This document shows, piece by piece, positions 18,138-28,218 of a stretch of DNA of 64,000 bases. This DNA is from an uncultured Micavibrio sp. (GTDB lineage: Bacteria; Pseudomonadota; Alphaproteobacteria; Micavibrionales; Micavibrionaceae). The first letter of the stretch is position 1; each line of letters starts with the position of its first letter. Under the pieces are notes generated by a model. The model searched no databases. It had not been told where the DNA came from and worked only from the letters and a program-made list of their open reading frames with translations. The position numbers and the translations under genes were made by a program. The DNA lies in the NCBI GenBank assembly GCA_964539025.1, contig CAZIFA010000009.1, forward strand, positions 14,554 to 78,553, written 5' to 3'.

Positions 18138-19532
18138 TTAGGGCAAAGCGGCAAGTATTTCCGCGGCAAAGGCGGAAAGCGTATCATCCCGCGCGCCCAT
18201 AATCACAATCCGGTCGCCGGGCCGGACCTCCTTGAGGATAGCCGCTTTAATTTCTGGCCGTCCTGCCATCAATTCCGCTGTGCCGCCGCGCTTTTTGATA
18301 TCGGCCACAATATCTGACGAACCGACGGAACGATCCACCGTTCCACCCGCATAATACGGCTCGACCATATAAAGCCGATCGTCTTTGGTAAGATGGTCCG
18401 CGAGGCTTTGCGCCAGTTCCGGCCCCAGCATCTTCAAAAACCCGTACCCGTGAGGCTGGAAGAAAATATGCAACCGCCCCGGAAACTGGCGCAACGTGCC
18501 GATGGTCGCCGCTATCTTGTCCGGGTTGTGCGCGAAATCATCCATAACGGTTATGCCGTTCTTCGTACCGACAATTTCCATGCGGCGCCGAATGCCTTCG
18601 AAACGGGATAAAATCTCTGCACCACGCGTAATATCGATGCCAAGCGTGAACCCCACGCCCAGAGCAGCCAGAGCATTCGATATGTTATGTTCGCCCGGCA
18701 CTTTTAGACGCAGCGGCGTGATCTTTCCGTCAAACAATATCTCCGCGCTCACACCATCTGCATTATGCAGAATGTTTTCCGCCATCAGGTGCGCGAGCTG
18801 GCCATTGGCGCTGTAGGTAACAACGTCCCCTTTGAAATCCTTTGCCACCTCCAGAACCATCCGGTCCTGTGCATTGATAATCGCAATTTGCGTTTTTGCC
18901 AAAAACCCCGCGAACATCTTCTTAAGTTCTTCCATCGGCTGATGATCCAGCGTGATGTTGTGAATAATCGCAATATCAGGCTCGAACGAAGTTACCGCTT
19001 CGATCCCGTCGCTTTCATCGATCTCCGAAACGAACACATCGCTCTTGCCGACAAAGGCGGTGGAATATGGATTCTCTTTTGCGTAGTTGCGGAATATCCC
19101 GCCGTTATTCACGGTCGGGTCCATCCCCGCCTCTTTCAACAAAAACCCGATCATGCCGGTGGTCGTCGTCTTGCCGCTGGTCCCAGATACGGCAATACGC
19201 GTTTTTCCGGCGTTGAAAAGCCTCACCAGCATGTCTGCGCGCTTCATGATCGGCACGGATTTTTCCTTCGCCGCCGCGATATCCGGAATTGTATCTTCCA
19301 CCGCCTTGGAAATAATAACGGCTGTTAGGTCTTTCGTTACGCCGGACCCATCCTGCGGATAAAGCGTAATCCCCTGTTCCGCTATCCATTTGAATTTTTC
19401 TAAGCTGCGCCCCTGATCGTACGAACGGTCCGATCCGGAAACGACATACCCCAGACCTTTTAGCAGAACTGCTAGCGGCAACATGCCGCTCCCGCCGATT
19501 CCGCAGATGAAATAATGAGACGGGTTTTTCAC
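18138..19532 (-). CDS. Mur ligase family protein (MurC/Mpl-like)
   Basis: 'FICGIGGSGMLPLA..LGYVVSGSD' N-terminal Rossmann region, 'VSGTSGKTTTT' P-loop and 'DDFAHNPDKI'. GTG start 6 nt after the upstream lipoprotein gene. Not in a dcw cluster. Confidence 0.75.
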   Translation of the reverse strand: MKNPSHYFICGIGGSGMLPLAVLLKGLGYVVSGSDRSYDQGRSLEKFKWIAEQGITLYPQDGSGVTKDLTAVIISKAVEDTIPDIAAAKEKSVPIMKRADMLVRLFNAGKTRIAVSGTSGKTTTTGMIGFLLKEAGMDPTVNNGGIFRNYAKENPYSTAFVGKSDVFVSEIDESDGIEAVTSFEPDIAIIHNITLDHQPMEELKKMFAGFLAKTQIAIINAQDRMVLEVAKDFKGDVVTYSANGQLAHLMAENILHNADGVSAEILFDGKITPLRLKVPGEHNISNALAALGVGFTLGIDITRGAEILSRFEGIRRRMEIVGTKNGITVMDDFAHNPDKIAATIGTLRQFPGRLHIFFQPHGYGFLKMLGPELAQSLADHLTKDDRLYMVEPYYAGGTVDRSVGSSDIVADIKKRGGTAELMAGRPEIKAAILKEVRPGDRIVIMGARDDTLSAFAAEILAALP

Positions 19533-19538
19533 GATTGC

Positions 19539-20231
19539 CTATTTCGCTTCTTTATCGAACACACCCGGATTCGCTGACCGTGTCAGGGATTCCGCATCGC
19601 TGCCCGTCGGCACGGCGGACTTTTTGATGGAAGTCCCGCTGGAAGATATTTCTACCGTGTCAGTGGTTTCATAACCATCTCCGGTTGAAAACGGATTGGC
19701 GCTGGACATATCGCGTCTTTCAATGCCTCGTTTTAAGTAACTGCTGTCTGCTGGTGTCAGCGGCGTTCCTGCGGCATAGCCCTCTATCGGTTGCGTATAG
19801 GGATTTGGCGTATCCTTATTATGATACTGGGGCATTTCATGCCCTATTGTCGGCGTACCAACAAAATCCACCGTGATGACTTCGGGATACCGGTAAAGCC
19901 CCCCCGTTAAATGATCGTATGTGACCCCTGGAACAATACCCGTAAACACATCGCCAACCGCCCAGCCATTGCCGCCGCTTTCGACGATCATCTGTTTGCG
20001 GCGATTGCCGGGCGCATAACAATCGACCTTGATGTCATTGTTGGAACGCATGATGGTGAAGGTCTCACCCGTAGCAACTTTATACTTTACCCCGTTATCG
20101 AGCATGCATTCGGCCTCCCACGCGCCGGGCGTGAGCACCGTAACCTCTTGCGTCGCGCCCTTCACCAAGCCGCCGCAACCCGTCAGCAGGATGGCGGTTG
20201 TAACAATCAGTGTGGAATAGAACGCGCGCAT
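19539..20231 (-). CDS. lipoprotein, function unknown
   Basis: Lipobox 'AILLTGCGG'. 230 aa with no recognised domain. Confidence 0.6.
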   Translation of the reverse strand: MRAFYSTLIVTTAILLTGCGGLVKGATQEVTVLTPGAWEAECMLDNGVKYKVATGETFTIMRSNNDIKVDCYAPGNRRKQMIVESGGNGWAVGDVFTGIVPGVTYDHLTGGLYRYPEVITVDFVGTPTIGHEMPQYHNKDTPNPYTQPIEGYAAGTPLTPADSSYLKRGIERRDMSSANPFSTGDGYETTDTVEISSSGTSIKKSAVPTGSDAESLTRSANPGVFDKEAK

Positions 20232-20316
20232 GGCAGGACTGCCCTAAGGTAAGAATCAAAGACCCTTATAAATTACCGTAAAGCAGCCCTGTTGACAAAC
20301 GATTCGCCCGCCCGTG

Positions 20317-20820
20317 CTACAGGTTATGCAATCCCATATCGATATACTCGGCCATCGCCCTGCCGAAATCTGTTTGGCGATGCGTGGCAAAGCTGTATGT
20401 GACTATGCGTAGATGGCCCGGCCTGTCCGGCACGCCTTCCCAATCATAGGTTTCGAAATAGACCTTCTCTTCATCGCCCCAGAACTTCATGGCCGTTAGT
20501 GCCGCCAGCATTTTTTGCTGGTCGTCCTTGGTCTTGAAAGCCACAAATTCCACGGCATTTTTCTGAAACTGCGCACGCTCCGTGTTGTGATGATGAATCT
20601 TTGATGAAGCCGAAGACAACACAAAATCCGAACTGACGGTGCTTATATCCAGCGTCCTGGCATCGGAATATGTCGACTGAACCTCATGCGGCGAGCTTAT
20701 ATACAGTTCCGACCTTGGAAAAACGACGAGGTATTTATACCCTTCGCCCGCAACTTGCCCCGCCACGTCTACAAAGATTGCTGTCAGATTGCTTACGATT
20801 TTACCCGGAGAAATACTCAT
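20317..20820 (-). CDS. hypothetical protein (167 aa)
   Basis: ATG 20820 (MSISPGK) has an AAAGGA RBS and avoids overlap with the clpB 3' end. No domain recognised. Confidence 0.5.
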   Translation of the reverse strand: MSISPGKIVSNLTAIFVDVAGQVAGEGYKYLVVFPRSELYISSPHEVQSTYSDARTLDISTVSSDFVLSSASSKIHHHNTERAQFQKNAVEFVAFKTKDDQQKMLAALTAMKFWGDEEKVYFETYDWEGVPDRPGHLRIVTYSFATHRQTDFGRAMAEYIDMGLHNL

Positions 20821-20896
20821 GACATTTTTCCTTTCATTGCCATTTATTGATCGAGGCAATGATAGGAGCGTTAAAAATTCCGGTCTGTGATCTGGA

Positions 20897-23506
20897 TCAC
20901 GCGGCGGCTTTAGCCTTTGCACCGGGCGGAACGATTGTAAAGGTTAACGCATCGTCCTTCACGCCGACATGAACGCGCGCGCCGTCCTCAACTTTGCCTT
21001 CGAGGATCAGTTCGGCCAATTTGTTCTGCAATTCCACCTGAATCACGCGTTTTAAAGGACGCGCGCCATAGGCAGGATCATACCCTTTATCGGCCAGCCA
21101 TTTTTTGGCGGATGCGTCGATATCCAGCGTGATATGACGTCCGGCGAGCAGCTTGTGCAGATAGCCGAGTTGGATATCCACGATGCCCGTCATCTGTTCG
21201 CGGCCCAGACGCTGGAACAATAAAATCTCATCAAGGCGGTTGAGGAATTCCGGGCGGAACGCTTTACGCACCACATCCATCACTTCCTCGCGCACATCAT
21301 CCACTTTTAAGTTTTCCGGCATGTTCACGAGGAATTCCGCACCCAGATTCGATGTCATGATCAAAACCGTATTGGTGAAATCCACCGTGCGGCCCTGCCC
21401 GTCTGTCAGGCGACCGTCATCGAGAACCTGAAGCAGAATGTTGAACACATCGGGGTGCGCCTTTTCGACCTCGTCGAACAGCACGACTTGATACGGGCGA
21501 CGGCGAACCGCTTCGGTCAACGCGCCGCCTTCTTCGTATCCGACATATCCGGGAGGCGCGCCAATCAAGCGCGCAACCGAATGTTTCTCCATGTACTCGG
21601 ACATATCCATGCGCACCATCGCAGTATCATCGTCGAACATGAATTCGGCCAAAGCTTTCGTGAGCTCTGTTTTCCCGACACCGGTTGGCCCAAGGAACAA
21701 AAACGATCCGATAGGGCGGTTGGGCGATTGTAACCCGGCGCGGGATCTGCGAACGGCATTGGCCACGGCCTTGACGGCGGGATCTTGCCCCACCACGCGT
21801 TGCTTGAGCTTGTCTTCCATCTGAAGCAGTTTTTCGCGTTCACCCTCCAGCATCTTATCCACAGGGATACCCGTCCACTTACTCACAACAGCGGCAATGT
21901 CGCTATCGGTGACTTCTTCGTTGATCATGCTCGCGCCGGAAACTTTGGCCGCTGCGGCGAGGCGAAGTTCAAGTTCAGGAATTTTGGCGTATTTCAATTC
22001 TGACGCTTTGCCCCAGTCCGAATTGCGTTCCGCCTGATCGAGTTCGATCCGGGCACGGTCCAACTCCTCGGTCACCTTCTGGGCGGAGTTCAGTTTTTCT
22101 TTTTCAGAATTCCATTGCGCGGTCAGGTCGGCGGATTTCTTCTCCAGCTCCTTGAGTTCGGTATCGAGTTTCCCTAAACGGTCTTTGGACGCCTGATCAT
22201 GTTCTTTCGATAACGCCTCGCGCTCGATTTTCAACTGCACGATCCGGCGGTCGAGTTCGTCGATCTCTTCGGGTTTGGAATCCACCTGCATCCGAAGACG
22301 CGAAGACGCCTCGTCAATCAAGTCGATGGCCTTATCGGGCAGGAAACGGTCGGTGATATAGCGGTTCGACATGGTCGCGGCGGAAACGATAGCGGCATCG
22401 GTGATACGTACACCATGATGCGCTTCGTATTTTTCTTTGAGTCCCCGCAGGATAGAGATCGTATCTTCAACCGTTGGTTCAGGAATGAACACAGGCTGAA
22501 AACGTCTCGCCAACGCAGCATCCTTTTCAATGTGTTTGCGATATTCTTCCAACGTCGTCGCGCCGACCATGTGGAGCTCGCCACGCGCCAGCGCGGGCTT
22601 CAACATATTGCCCGCATCCATCGATCCTTCGGCTTTTCCAGCACCTACCAACGTATGCAGCTCGTCGAGGAAAAGGACGATCTGTCCCTCCGTCGCCTTG
22701 ATTTCATCAAGTACGGCCTTGAGGCGCTCTTCAAACTCACCGCGGAATTTCGCGCCCGCGACCATCGAACCAAGATCGAGCGACATAAGCGTTTTATTCT
22801 TAAGCGATTCAGGAACATCGCCATGGATGATGCGCAGCGCCAGACCTTCGATAATCGCGGTCTTCCCGACGCCGGGTTCGCCGATCAGCACCGGATTGTT
22901 TTTCGTACGGCGCGACAAAATCTGAATCGTACGACGGATCTCTTCATCGCGGCCTATGATGGGGTCTAATTTGCCGTCCCGCGCATCCTTGGTCAGATCG
23001 CGCGCATATTTGGATAGAGCCTCGAATTGATCTTCGGCGGTGGCGCTATCGGCCGTACGCCCTTTTCGCATCGTGTTTATGGCCTGATTGACGGCGATCG
23101 CATTCAACCCGGAATCCGCGATGATCTCGCCGATGCTAGACGTTGCACGCGCCGTGATCATGGATTGGAATATACGCTCAACCGTGACGTACTTGTCACC
23201 CGCTTTTTCCGCTATACTCAATGCGTTATCAAGTATCTTTGCCAGATCGGTTGAAATACGCAACCCGCCTGCGCCAGAACCGCTTACCTGCGGCAATTTG
23301 GCCAGCGCGGCTTCGGTCGCCTTCTTCATTTTGGCGGCATTTCCACCCGCAGCCTGTACGAGACGATCCGTCAGCGCATCTTCATCTTCCAGCATCACTT
23401 TGAGCAGGTGCTCCGGCTCAAGCGATTGGTGCCCGGAACGCATGGCCAGCGTCTGAGCCTTTTGCAATACGGATTTAGATTTTTCTGTAAACTTGTCGAA
23501 TTCCAT
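20897..23506 (-). CDS. clpB: ATP-dependent chaperone ClpB
   Basis: 869 aa with two AAA+ modules ('[10 protein letters not shown]', '[10 protein letters not shown]'), a middle coiled-coil and a Clp_N domain. Confidence 0.97.
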   Translation of the reverse strand: MEFDKFTEKSKSVLQKAQTLAMRSGHQSLEPEHLLKVMLEDEDALTDRLVQAAGGNAAKMKKATEAALAKLPQVSGSGAGGLRISTDLAKILDNALSIAEKAGDKYVTVERIFQSMITARATSSIGEIIADSGLNAIAVNQAINTMRKGRTADSATAEDQFEALSKYARDLTKDARDGKLDPIIGRDEEIRRTIQILSRRTKNNPVLIGEPGVGKTAIIEGLALRIIHGDVPESLKNKTLMSLDLGSMVAGAKFRGEFEERLKAVLDEIKATEGQIVLFLDELHTLVGAGKAEGSMDAGNMLKPALARGELHMVGATTLEEYRKHIEKDAALARRFQPVFIPEPTVEDTISILRGLKEKYEAHHGVRITDAAIVSAATMSNRYITDRFLPDKAIDLIDEASSRLRMQVDSKPEEIDELDRRIVQLKIEREALSKEHDQASKDRLGKLDTELKELEKKSADLTAQWNSEKEKLNSAQKVTEELDRARIELDQAERNSDWGKASELKYAKIPELELRLAAAAKVSGASMINEEVTDSDIAAVVSKWTGIPVDKMLEGEREKLLQMEDKLKQRVVGQDPAVKAVANAVRRSRAGLQSPNRPIGSFLFLGPTGVGKTELTKALAEFMFDDDTAMVRMDMSEYMEKHSVARLIGAPPGYVGYEEGGALTEAVRRRPYQVVLFDEVEKAHPDVFNILLQVLDDGRLTDGQGRTVDFTNTVLIMTSNLGAEFLVNMPENLKVDDVREEVMDVVRKAFRPEFLNRLDEILLFQRLGREQMTGIVDIQLGYLHKLLAGRHITLDIDASAKKWLADKGYDPAYGARPLKRVIQVELQNKLAELILEGKVEDGARVHVGVKDDALTFTIVPPGAKAKAAA

Positions 23507-23588
23507 GCAGATCCTCTTAAAAGCAATCCATTGTGACAGGGCAATCCGCCTTCATCAAGCACGGTCCCCTTTATACTACCTTCCAAAT

Positions 23589-23616
23589 ATCTAAGATATC
23601 ACCAACATAAATCAAG
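23589..23616 (-). promoter_or_regulatory. possible RpoH (sigma32)-type promoter of clpB
   Basis: The minus strand reads CTTG-N17-CTTAGAT, about 83 nt upstream of the clpB ATG. This only partly matches the alphaproteobacterial CTTG-N17-CYTATNT consensus. Confidence 0.25.
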
Positions 23617-23673
23617 GGCTTAGAGACCTTGCAGAATACATGCCATTGTATTCATAGTGGCAATAGGACACAG

Positions 23674-23702
23674 AAAAAGCGGGCCATTCTGACCCGCTTT
23701 TT
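23674..23702 (-). terminator. Rho-independent (bidirectional) terminator
   Basis: AAAAAGCGGG-CCATTCTGA-CCCGCTTTTT, 40 nt downstream of the DUF4167 gene stop. Confidence 0.65.
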
Positions 23703-23741
23703 GCAAATTATTACAAAGTGTTACCGCTCGTACTTAAAGTA

Positions 23742-24188
23742 TTAGGCTGACTCGAGCATTTCCTGCGCCTGATAGGCAGGAGCACGTACATCGCCATTAT
23801 CCGTTGGTTTAATATCGCCACCCAAAATGCTGATCGGCAAGGCTAAATCATCGGCAGGCTGTTGCGCTTCCTGAGGCTGGTAACCCGGAGTACGCTGCAT
23901 ATGTTGAAATTCTTCATTCCAGCTATTGATGATGCGCTGATAATGTTCGGCGTGTTGCAGATAACTTTCGGCCAGAACGATGTCACCGACCGATGTAGCG
24001 TCTTTCGCAAGGGTAAGGTATTTTTCGCAAACCTGATGCGCCGTCCCGCGAATTCGTACGTCCGGGCCGTTGCTATCATAGATTTGGTTACGATTGTTAG
24101 AGGGCCGTCTTTGGCCGTTGTTATGACCACCACCGTTATTGTGGCCCCGGTTGTTCCGTGAGCGTCTATTGGGTGTTCCATGTCTCAT
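23742..24188 (-). CDS. DUF4167 domain-containing protein
   Basis: Arg/Asn/Gly-rich N-terminus followed by 'GPDVRIRGTAHQVCEKYLTLAKDA..GDIVLAESYLQHAEHYQR', the conserved alphaproteobacterial DUF4167 core. Confidence 0.8.
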   Translation of the reverse strand: MRHGTPNRRSRNNRGHNNGGGHNNGQRRPSNNRNQIYDSNGPDVRIRGTAHQVCEKYLTLAKDATSVGDIVLAESYLQHAEHYQRIINSWNEEFQHMQRTPGYQPQEAQQPADDLALPISILGGDIKPTDNGDVRAPAYQAQEMLESA

Positions 24189-24426
24189 TGTGTATTCCCT
24201 TAACTTCTTCTATTTCCCGAATTTTTTCTTCTTATCAACAGAATCATACACAAGTACAACCATACCTGATTTGGGCACAGGTTGTATAGCGAAAGGCGAT
24301 CTATTTTCAAAAGGCTGTCTTTTCATATTCCGGGGACCCGGCTCATCGACCGACAGCGACTGTCTTGAGTAAAATGACCATACGCCACGGTTTCGATTCT
24401 GATCAATGGGGGCTTTAAAGTTATTT

Positions 24427-25272
24427 TCACTTTTCCCCACAGGTGATCTCAACCACCCTCAGAACCCCTGCCATATCGCGGTATGATTCTCGTGGAGTCA
24501 TATTAGATTCGCCCACGAGTCGTGACAAGGCCTCTTCTTGCCCTTTGCCGATTTCGAATAGTGCACGCCCGCCACACACCAAATGATTTTTGATCTTCAT
24601 CAGAATATTTTTATACGCCTCAAGCCCCGAGTCTCCCCCGCTCAGCGCCAGCCTTGGATCGTGATTCCGCACCTCTACAGCCAGGGATTCGATATCGGAT
24701 TCGGGGATATAGGGCGGATTCGAGACGATCAGATCGAACGATTCATCGGCACTCAACGGATCAAACCACGAGCCGCAGCGAAATTCCGCCCGGGATTCGA
24801 CGCCGTGATGGATAGCGTTTTCACGTGAAATGGCAACCGCGCCCGGATTTATGTCTACCCCTACGCCGGTGGCGTTCGGCAATTCGGCCAAAAGGGTGAT
24901 CAGAATGCAGCCCGTCCCGGTGCCTAGGTCGAGGATACGCAGCGCCGGTTTTTTCAACGCGGCGTCGATAAGCGTTTCGGTGTCCGGTCTTGGATCCAGA
25001 GTATCGGGCGAAAGGCGGAACATCCGGCCATAGAATTCACGCCCCCCCAGTATGCGCGAAACAGGCTCCCCCGCCACCCGGCGATCCACGAATTTCTCAA
25101 TGGTTTCAATCTGTTGCACCGATAGGGGGGTCTGGCCCATCGTGATAAGGTCGGAATCGGAGAAATTACCCCCCTGCCGCACCAAAATCCGCGCATCCAG
25201 CACCGGATTTTCGATGCGGCCAGCCTCTAATTTCTGGCGCATCCTGCGCTGTATTTCGTCCAAAGTTTCCAT
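24427..25272 (-). CDS. prmC: release-factor glutamine methyltransferase PrmC (HemK)
   Basis: 'DLGTGTGCI' SAM motif and 'VSNPPY' catalytic motif. ATG 25272 gives 281 aa. The longer ORF to 25536 runs through a repeat element. Confidence 0.85.
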   Translation of the reverse strand: METLDEIQRRMRQKLEAGRIENPVLDARILVRQGGNFSDSDLITMGQTPLSVQQIETIEKFVDRRVAGEPVSRILGGREFYGRMFRLSPDTLDPRPDTETLIDAALKKPALRILDLGTGTGCILITLLAELPNATGVGVDINPGAVAISRENAIHHGVESRAEFRCGSWFDPLSADESFDLIVSNPPYIPESDIESLAVEVRNHDPRLALSGGDSGLEAYKNILMKIKNHLVCGGRALFEIGKGQEEALSRLVGESNMTPRESYRDMAGVLRVVEITCGEK

Positions 25273-25398
25273 GCGAAGTTCTAGCCTTTTGTACGAAATT
25301 CTGTCTAGTTCGTTCCGCGCCTTTTGAAAACAAAACGCGGCCATTGTTTTTCGTAATATGGTTTTTAAAGGGCGCAGCGAAGCTGCGCACGTTTTTGT

Positions 25399-25428
25399 GG
25401 ACTGGACCCCCGCCTTCGCGGGGGTGAC
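25399..25428. repeat. Partial C-type hairpin element
   Basis: GGACTGGACCCCCGCCTTCGCGGGGGTGAC has the same CCCCCGC..GCGGGGG hairpin and TGAC end as the elements at 43462 and 59790. Confidence 0.5.
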
Positions 25429-25529
25429 AGGGGTAGAAGTAAGGTTGGGGCTTGGCGGCGGGAAAGGGCATCTATAGATCATAGGACAAAATTCCTGTTT
25501 TGGCCAGAAAAATCGCCCACCTCGCCACA

Positions 25530-25558
25530 TTGACATAACTTAGATATGCTGATAGGTC
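25530..25558 (+). promoter_or_regulatory. TTGACATAA box upstream of ORFan
   Basis: TTGACATAA at 25530-25538. The -10 is weak (ATAGGT/TAGGTC at 25552-25558). Confidence 0.3.
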
Positions 25559-26403
25559 TGCTTTATAACAAGCCTGCAAGAGTAAATATAATGAGTTCCC
25601 CCACCCCCCTCGCTGCAACCGCATGGCCCAAAAGATGGACAAATTTTCTTATGGGCGGGGATCATAAGAAGCGCGATTTTGTTTATTTCCTGATCAGCTC
25701 CGCGCGAGGTAACGAAGAGTGGATTAGTACGATTGCCAAGAACGTTATAGGCACGTTGCCACACATCGCCCTGCAAAACGGTGAGAATGCTGCTCTCGGC
25801 ATAATAGAAACCCTGATGGCCAACATTCGGCACGAGCGTACCAGAGACAAGGCCGTCGCCGATATTGCATACACATTTAGTAAGGTAACCGGTGCAGAGA
25901 GAAGCAGACTGCAACTTACCCTCTTTTCTATAACGGGCATTTTGAGAGAGGATATTTTTAAATCCATTCCCGTTATCGTTGGCCGCTCCCCTGACGCCGC
26001 ATATGACATGCTAAAACTCATTTTTGACCGCAACACGGCCGATGGCCCGATTTTAGCCACCAATTTCGCCAAAACCGCTCGTGTAACAAGTCCCTGCTAT
26101 ATGCACGCTTATATGAGTTGGTTTATTCCCGTGCGCTGCGGCAACACAACCGCAATCATGCACACACAACAATGGTGCGATCCGAATAAGGATCTGCCCA
26201 GAGATATGGAAGCCTGGAGGCTCCTCAAGCGCATCAAAGGCGATTGGAACAATATCAACCCAACCGGCAGGGCACATTACATGGATGTCAAAAGACATTA
26301 CAGCAACATCGAAGCCGTTCTTCTTGGCAGGAAAACACCCGAAGAAGGCGCACGCGCGATTCAAAAGAAAACCGGCGCGGATTATAGAGCGTTGGTGATT
26401 TAA
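25546..26403 (+). CDS. hypothetical protein (ORFan)
   Basis: Longest ORF is 285 aa. If the TTGACATAA box is the promoter, the real start is ATG 25591 (MSSPTPL). The C-terminus is '...KKTGADYRALVI'. Confidence 0.5.
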   Translation: MLIGLLYNKPARVNIMSSPTPLAATAWPKRWTNFLMGGDHKKRDFVYFLISSARGNEEWISTIAKNVIGTLPHIALQNGENAALGIIETLMANIRHERTRDKAVADIAYTFSKVTGAERSRLQLTLFSITGILREDIFKSIPVIVGRSPDAAYDMLKLIFDRNTADGPILATNFAKTARVTSPCYMHAYMSWFIPVRCGNTTAIMHTQQWCDPNKDLPRDMEAWRLLKRIKGDWNNINPTGRAHYMDVKRHYSNIEAVLLGRKTPEEGARAIQKKTGADYRALVI

Positions 26404-26533
26404 AATATTCCCGGAGGAAAACCTCCCCCATAGGGAGAAGAAGCATCTAGATTCTTTTTCACCACGAAGCACCAAATATTGACATAATGCATGCAACTTT
26501 AACAAGGCTTCGGATAACCATCAGAACGTTTTG

Positions 26534-26562
26534 TTGACATAACCATCTATCAAGATTAGATA
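26534..26562 (+). promoter_or_regulatory. Sigma70-like promoter with TTGACATAA box
   Basis: TTGACATAA at 26534-26542, a 17-nt spacer, then TAGATA at 26557-26562. A second TTGACATAA lies at 26479-26487. Confidence 0.4.
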
Positions 26563-26615
26563 GAAACAACCGCTGAAATAAACAAATCCAAGAGTATGTC
26601 TGAGAAAGAAAAATT

Positions 26616-28055
26616 ATGACCGAAGCACAATCCTTTTCCCCCACAACCCAGTCCCCCGCCGCGTTCATTCAAAGCGGATGGCAGCTTCTTCCCCTCTTTG
26701 CAAAGAAAATGGGCCAAGAATATGCCCAGGCAACTTTTGAGGCGATGTTGTTTTTAGCAAAACGCAATCCTGAGCTGATGCCGGGTTTTGTAAAGACCGG
26801 TCTTGCGTTCGCCCGCGACAATCAGTTTCTAAGAGATTCTATAATTAGAAATCTTATAGATGTGTCTTACGAGCACCCGGCATTTATACCGGATGTCGTC
26901 AAAGCCGGATGGCTTACAATGGCCTCCATTAAAAATCACGGCGGCACTGAAGATTCTCTGCGTTATGAAGAATCTCGCCGCGTTACCGATTTAGGCAGTG
27001 AACTATTGGAAATAGTCAAAGAGAAGCCCAAATTTTTGCCAATTTTTATTGAAGAAGGTTTAAAGAGCCTGCCACGCCTTGCAAATTCTCACAAAGCAAG
27101 CGTTCAGATATCAGTTAATCTCTTGCTGGAAGCTGTCGATTCTTATCCGCAGGCCATGCAAGATGTCGTCGAAGGCACACTGAACATTGTGGCCAGAAAT
27201 GCAAAACAACTTCCCCTTGCCTATTCATGGATCATTAGCGGCGTGGCGGAAGATGCGCAAAAATATCCAGAATTGATGCCCGGCATTATTGAGGCCGCAA
27301 AGCCCGTCATTAAAAGCTTAGGCGAAGTTGACCCTGCTGAGGATCGCGCAAAAAATTTCATTCAGAAATTGGTTCAATATACCAAGGATCAACCAGAATG
27401 CCTCGCCAACCTCGTTGGAACCGGCATAGAAATCCTGCCGGACGTTACAACAAGACATCGTTCTGCCGGCGAACGATTGTTTGCTTCATTGCTAGAGACC
27501 GCAAAAAATCATCCATCCTTGTTGCCAAGCGTTATCAAGGCCGGATGGCAAGGTTGCATGCCACATCTCGCGGGAGGTATCATGTTTACACAGTTGTCTG
27601 CAGACATGCTGAGAATCGCACAAACGGATGAGGCGGCGCGAACCGCCCTGATTGAAGGGCTCCGCAGCGCCATTCCGCTTATCGCGCAAGAAAACAGATG
27701 GAGCGTTCGACCTGCGCTCATGACCTTACAAAGCGCGATGGGGTTGGACAATGAAAGAAAGCTGGTAAGCGCTGAATTCGCCTTATCAACCCGGGGGCGC
27801 GCAAATAATAAACAAGAAATCTGGTATGTGCCGTTCAAGGGCAACAGGACCCTTGTTGCAACACAGGATTTCTGCGGCCCTGTTTCCGATCCGGACTTTA
27901 AAAGGCGCGTTCCAAATTTTGAAAGAGTTGAACAAGAAGCTTTAATATTGGGCCGTGTCTTTAACCGCAGAATTACGACACAGGCAGGCGTGACGGAAAT
28001 TCGTAAGACCACGAATAGCAGATTCCGCGCGCTCGATCTTGATAAGGTGGCTTAG
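26616..28055 (+). CDS. hypothetical alpha-solenoid repeat protein (ORFan)
   Basis: 479 aa with about seven 45-50-aa repeats: 'NPELMPGFVKTGL', 'HPAFIPDVVKAGW', 'KPKFLPIFIEEGL', 'YPQAMQDVVEGTL', 'YPELMPGIIEAAK', 'QPECLANLVGTGI' and 'HPSLLPSVIKAGW'. Confidence 0.6.
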   Translation: MTEAQSFSPTTQSPAAFIQSGWQLLPLFAKKMGQEYAQATFEAMLFLAKRNPELMPGFVKTGLAFARDNQFLRDSIIRNLIDVSYEHPAFIPDVVKAGWLTMASIKNHGGTEDSLRYEESRRVTDLGSELLEIVKEKPKFLPIFIEEGLKSLPRLANSHKASVQISVNLLLEAVDSYPQAMQDVVEGTLNIVARNAKQLPLAYSWIISGVAEDAQKYPELMPGIIEAAKPVIKSLGEVDPAEDRAKNFIQKLVQYTKDQPECLANLVGTGIEILPDVTTRHRSAGERLFASLLETAKNHPSLLPSVIKAGWQGCMPHLAGGIMFTQLSADMLRIAQTDEAARTALIEGLRSAIPLIAQENRWSVRPALMTLQSAMGLDNERKLVSAEFALSTRGRANNKQEIWYVPFKGNRTLVATQDFCGPVSDPDFKRRVPNFERVEQEALILGRVFNRRITTQAGVTEIRKTTNSRFRALDLDKVA

Positions 28056-28111
28056 CGGAAAAGGCATCAAGACGGCGCGGAATATAAAGCGCTGGAGATT
28101 TAGAAAAATTT

Positions 28112-28184
28112 AAACCACAGAGGCACAGAGACACAGAGTTTAAGAACACCCTGAATTTCTCTGTGCCTTTGTGTCTCTGTGGTT
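28112..28184. repeat. Repeat family F hairpin (CACAGAG words)
   Basis: AAACCACAGAGGCACAGAGACACAGAG ... CTCTGTGCCTTTGTGTCTCTGTGGTT. Confidence 0.75.
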
Positions 28185-28218
28185 AAAATAAATGCCTGCG
28201 GGCCTTAAAAACAATATC

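Noticed and set aside
24189-24426. The 238-nt gap upstream of the DUF4167 gene as a possible ncRNA (6S, 4.5S or similar)
   Set aside because: I recognised no conserved motif of the known RNAs, for example no 4.5S GGAAGCAGCC core. It is more simply the promoter and 5' UTR of the DUF4167 gene. It remains unverified without Infernal.
25273-25536. N-terminal 88-aa extension of prmC in the ORF track
   Set aside because: The extension reads through a hairpin repeat ('PVTPAKAGVQST') and makes PrmC about 90 aa longer than normal. The internal ATG at 25272 gives a canonical 281-aa protein.
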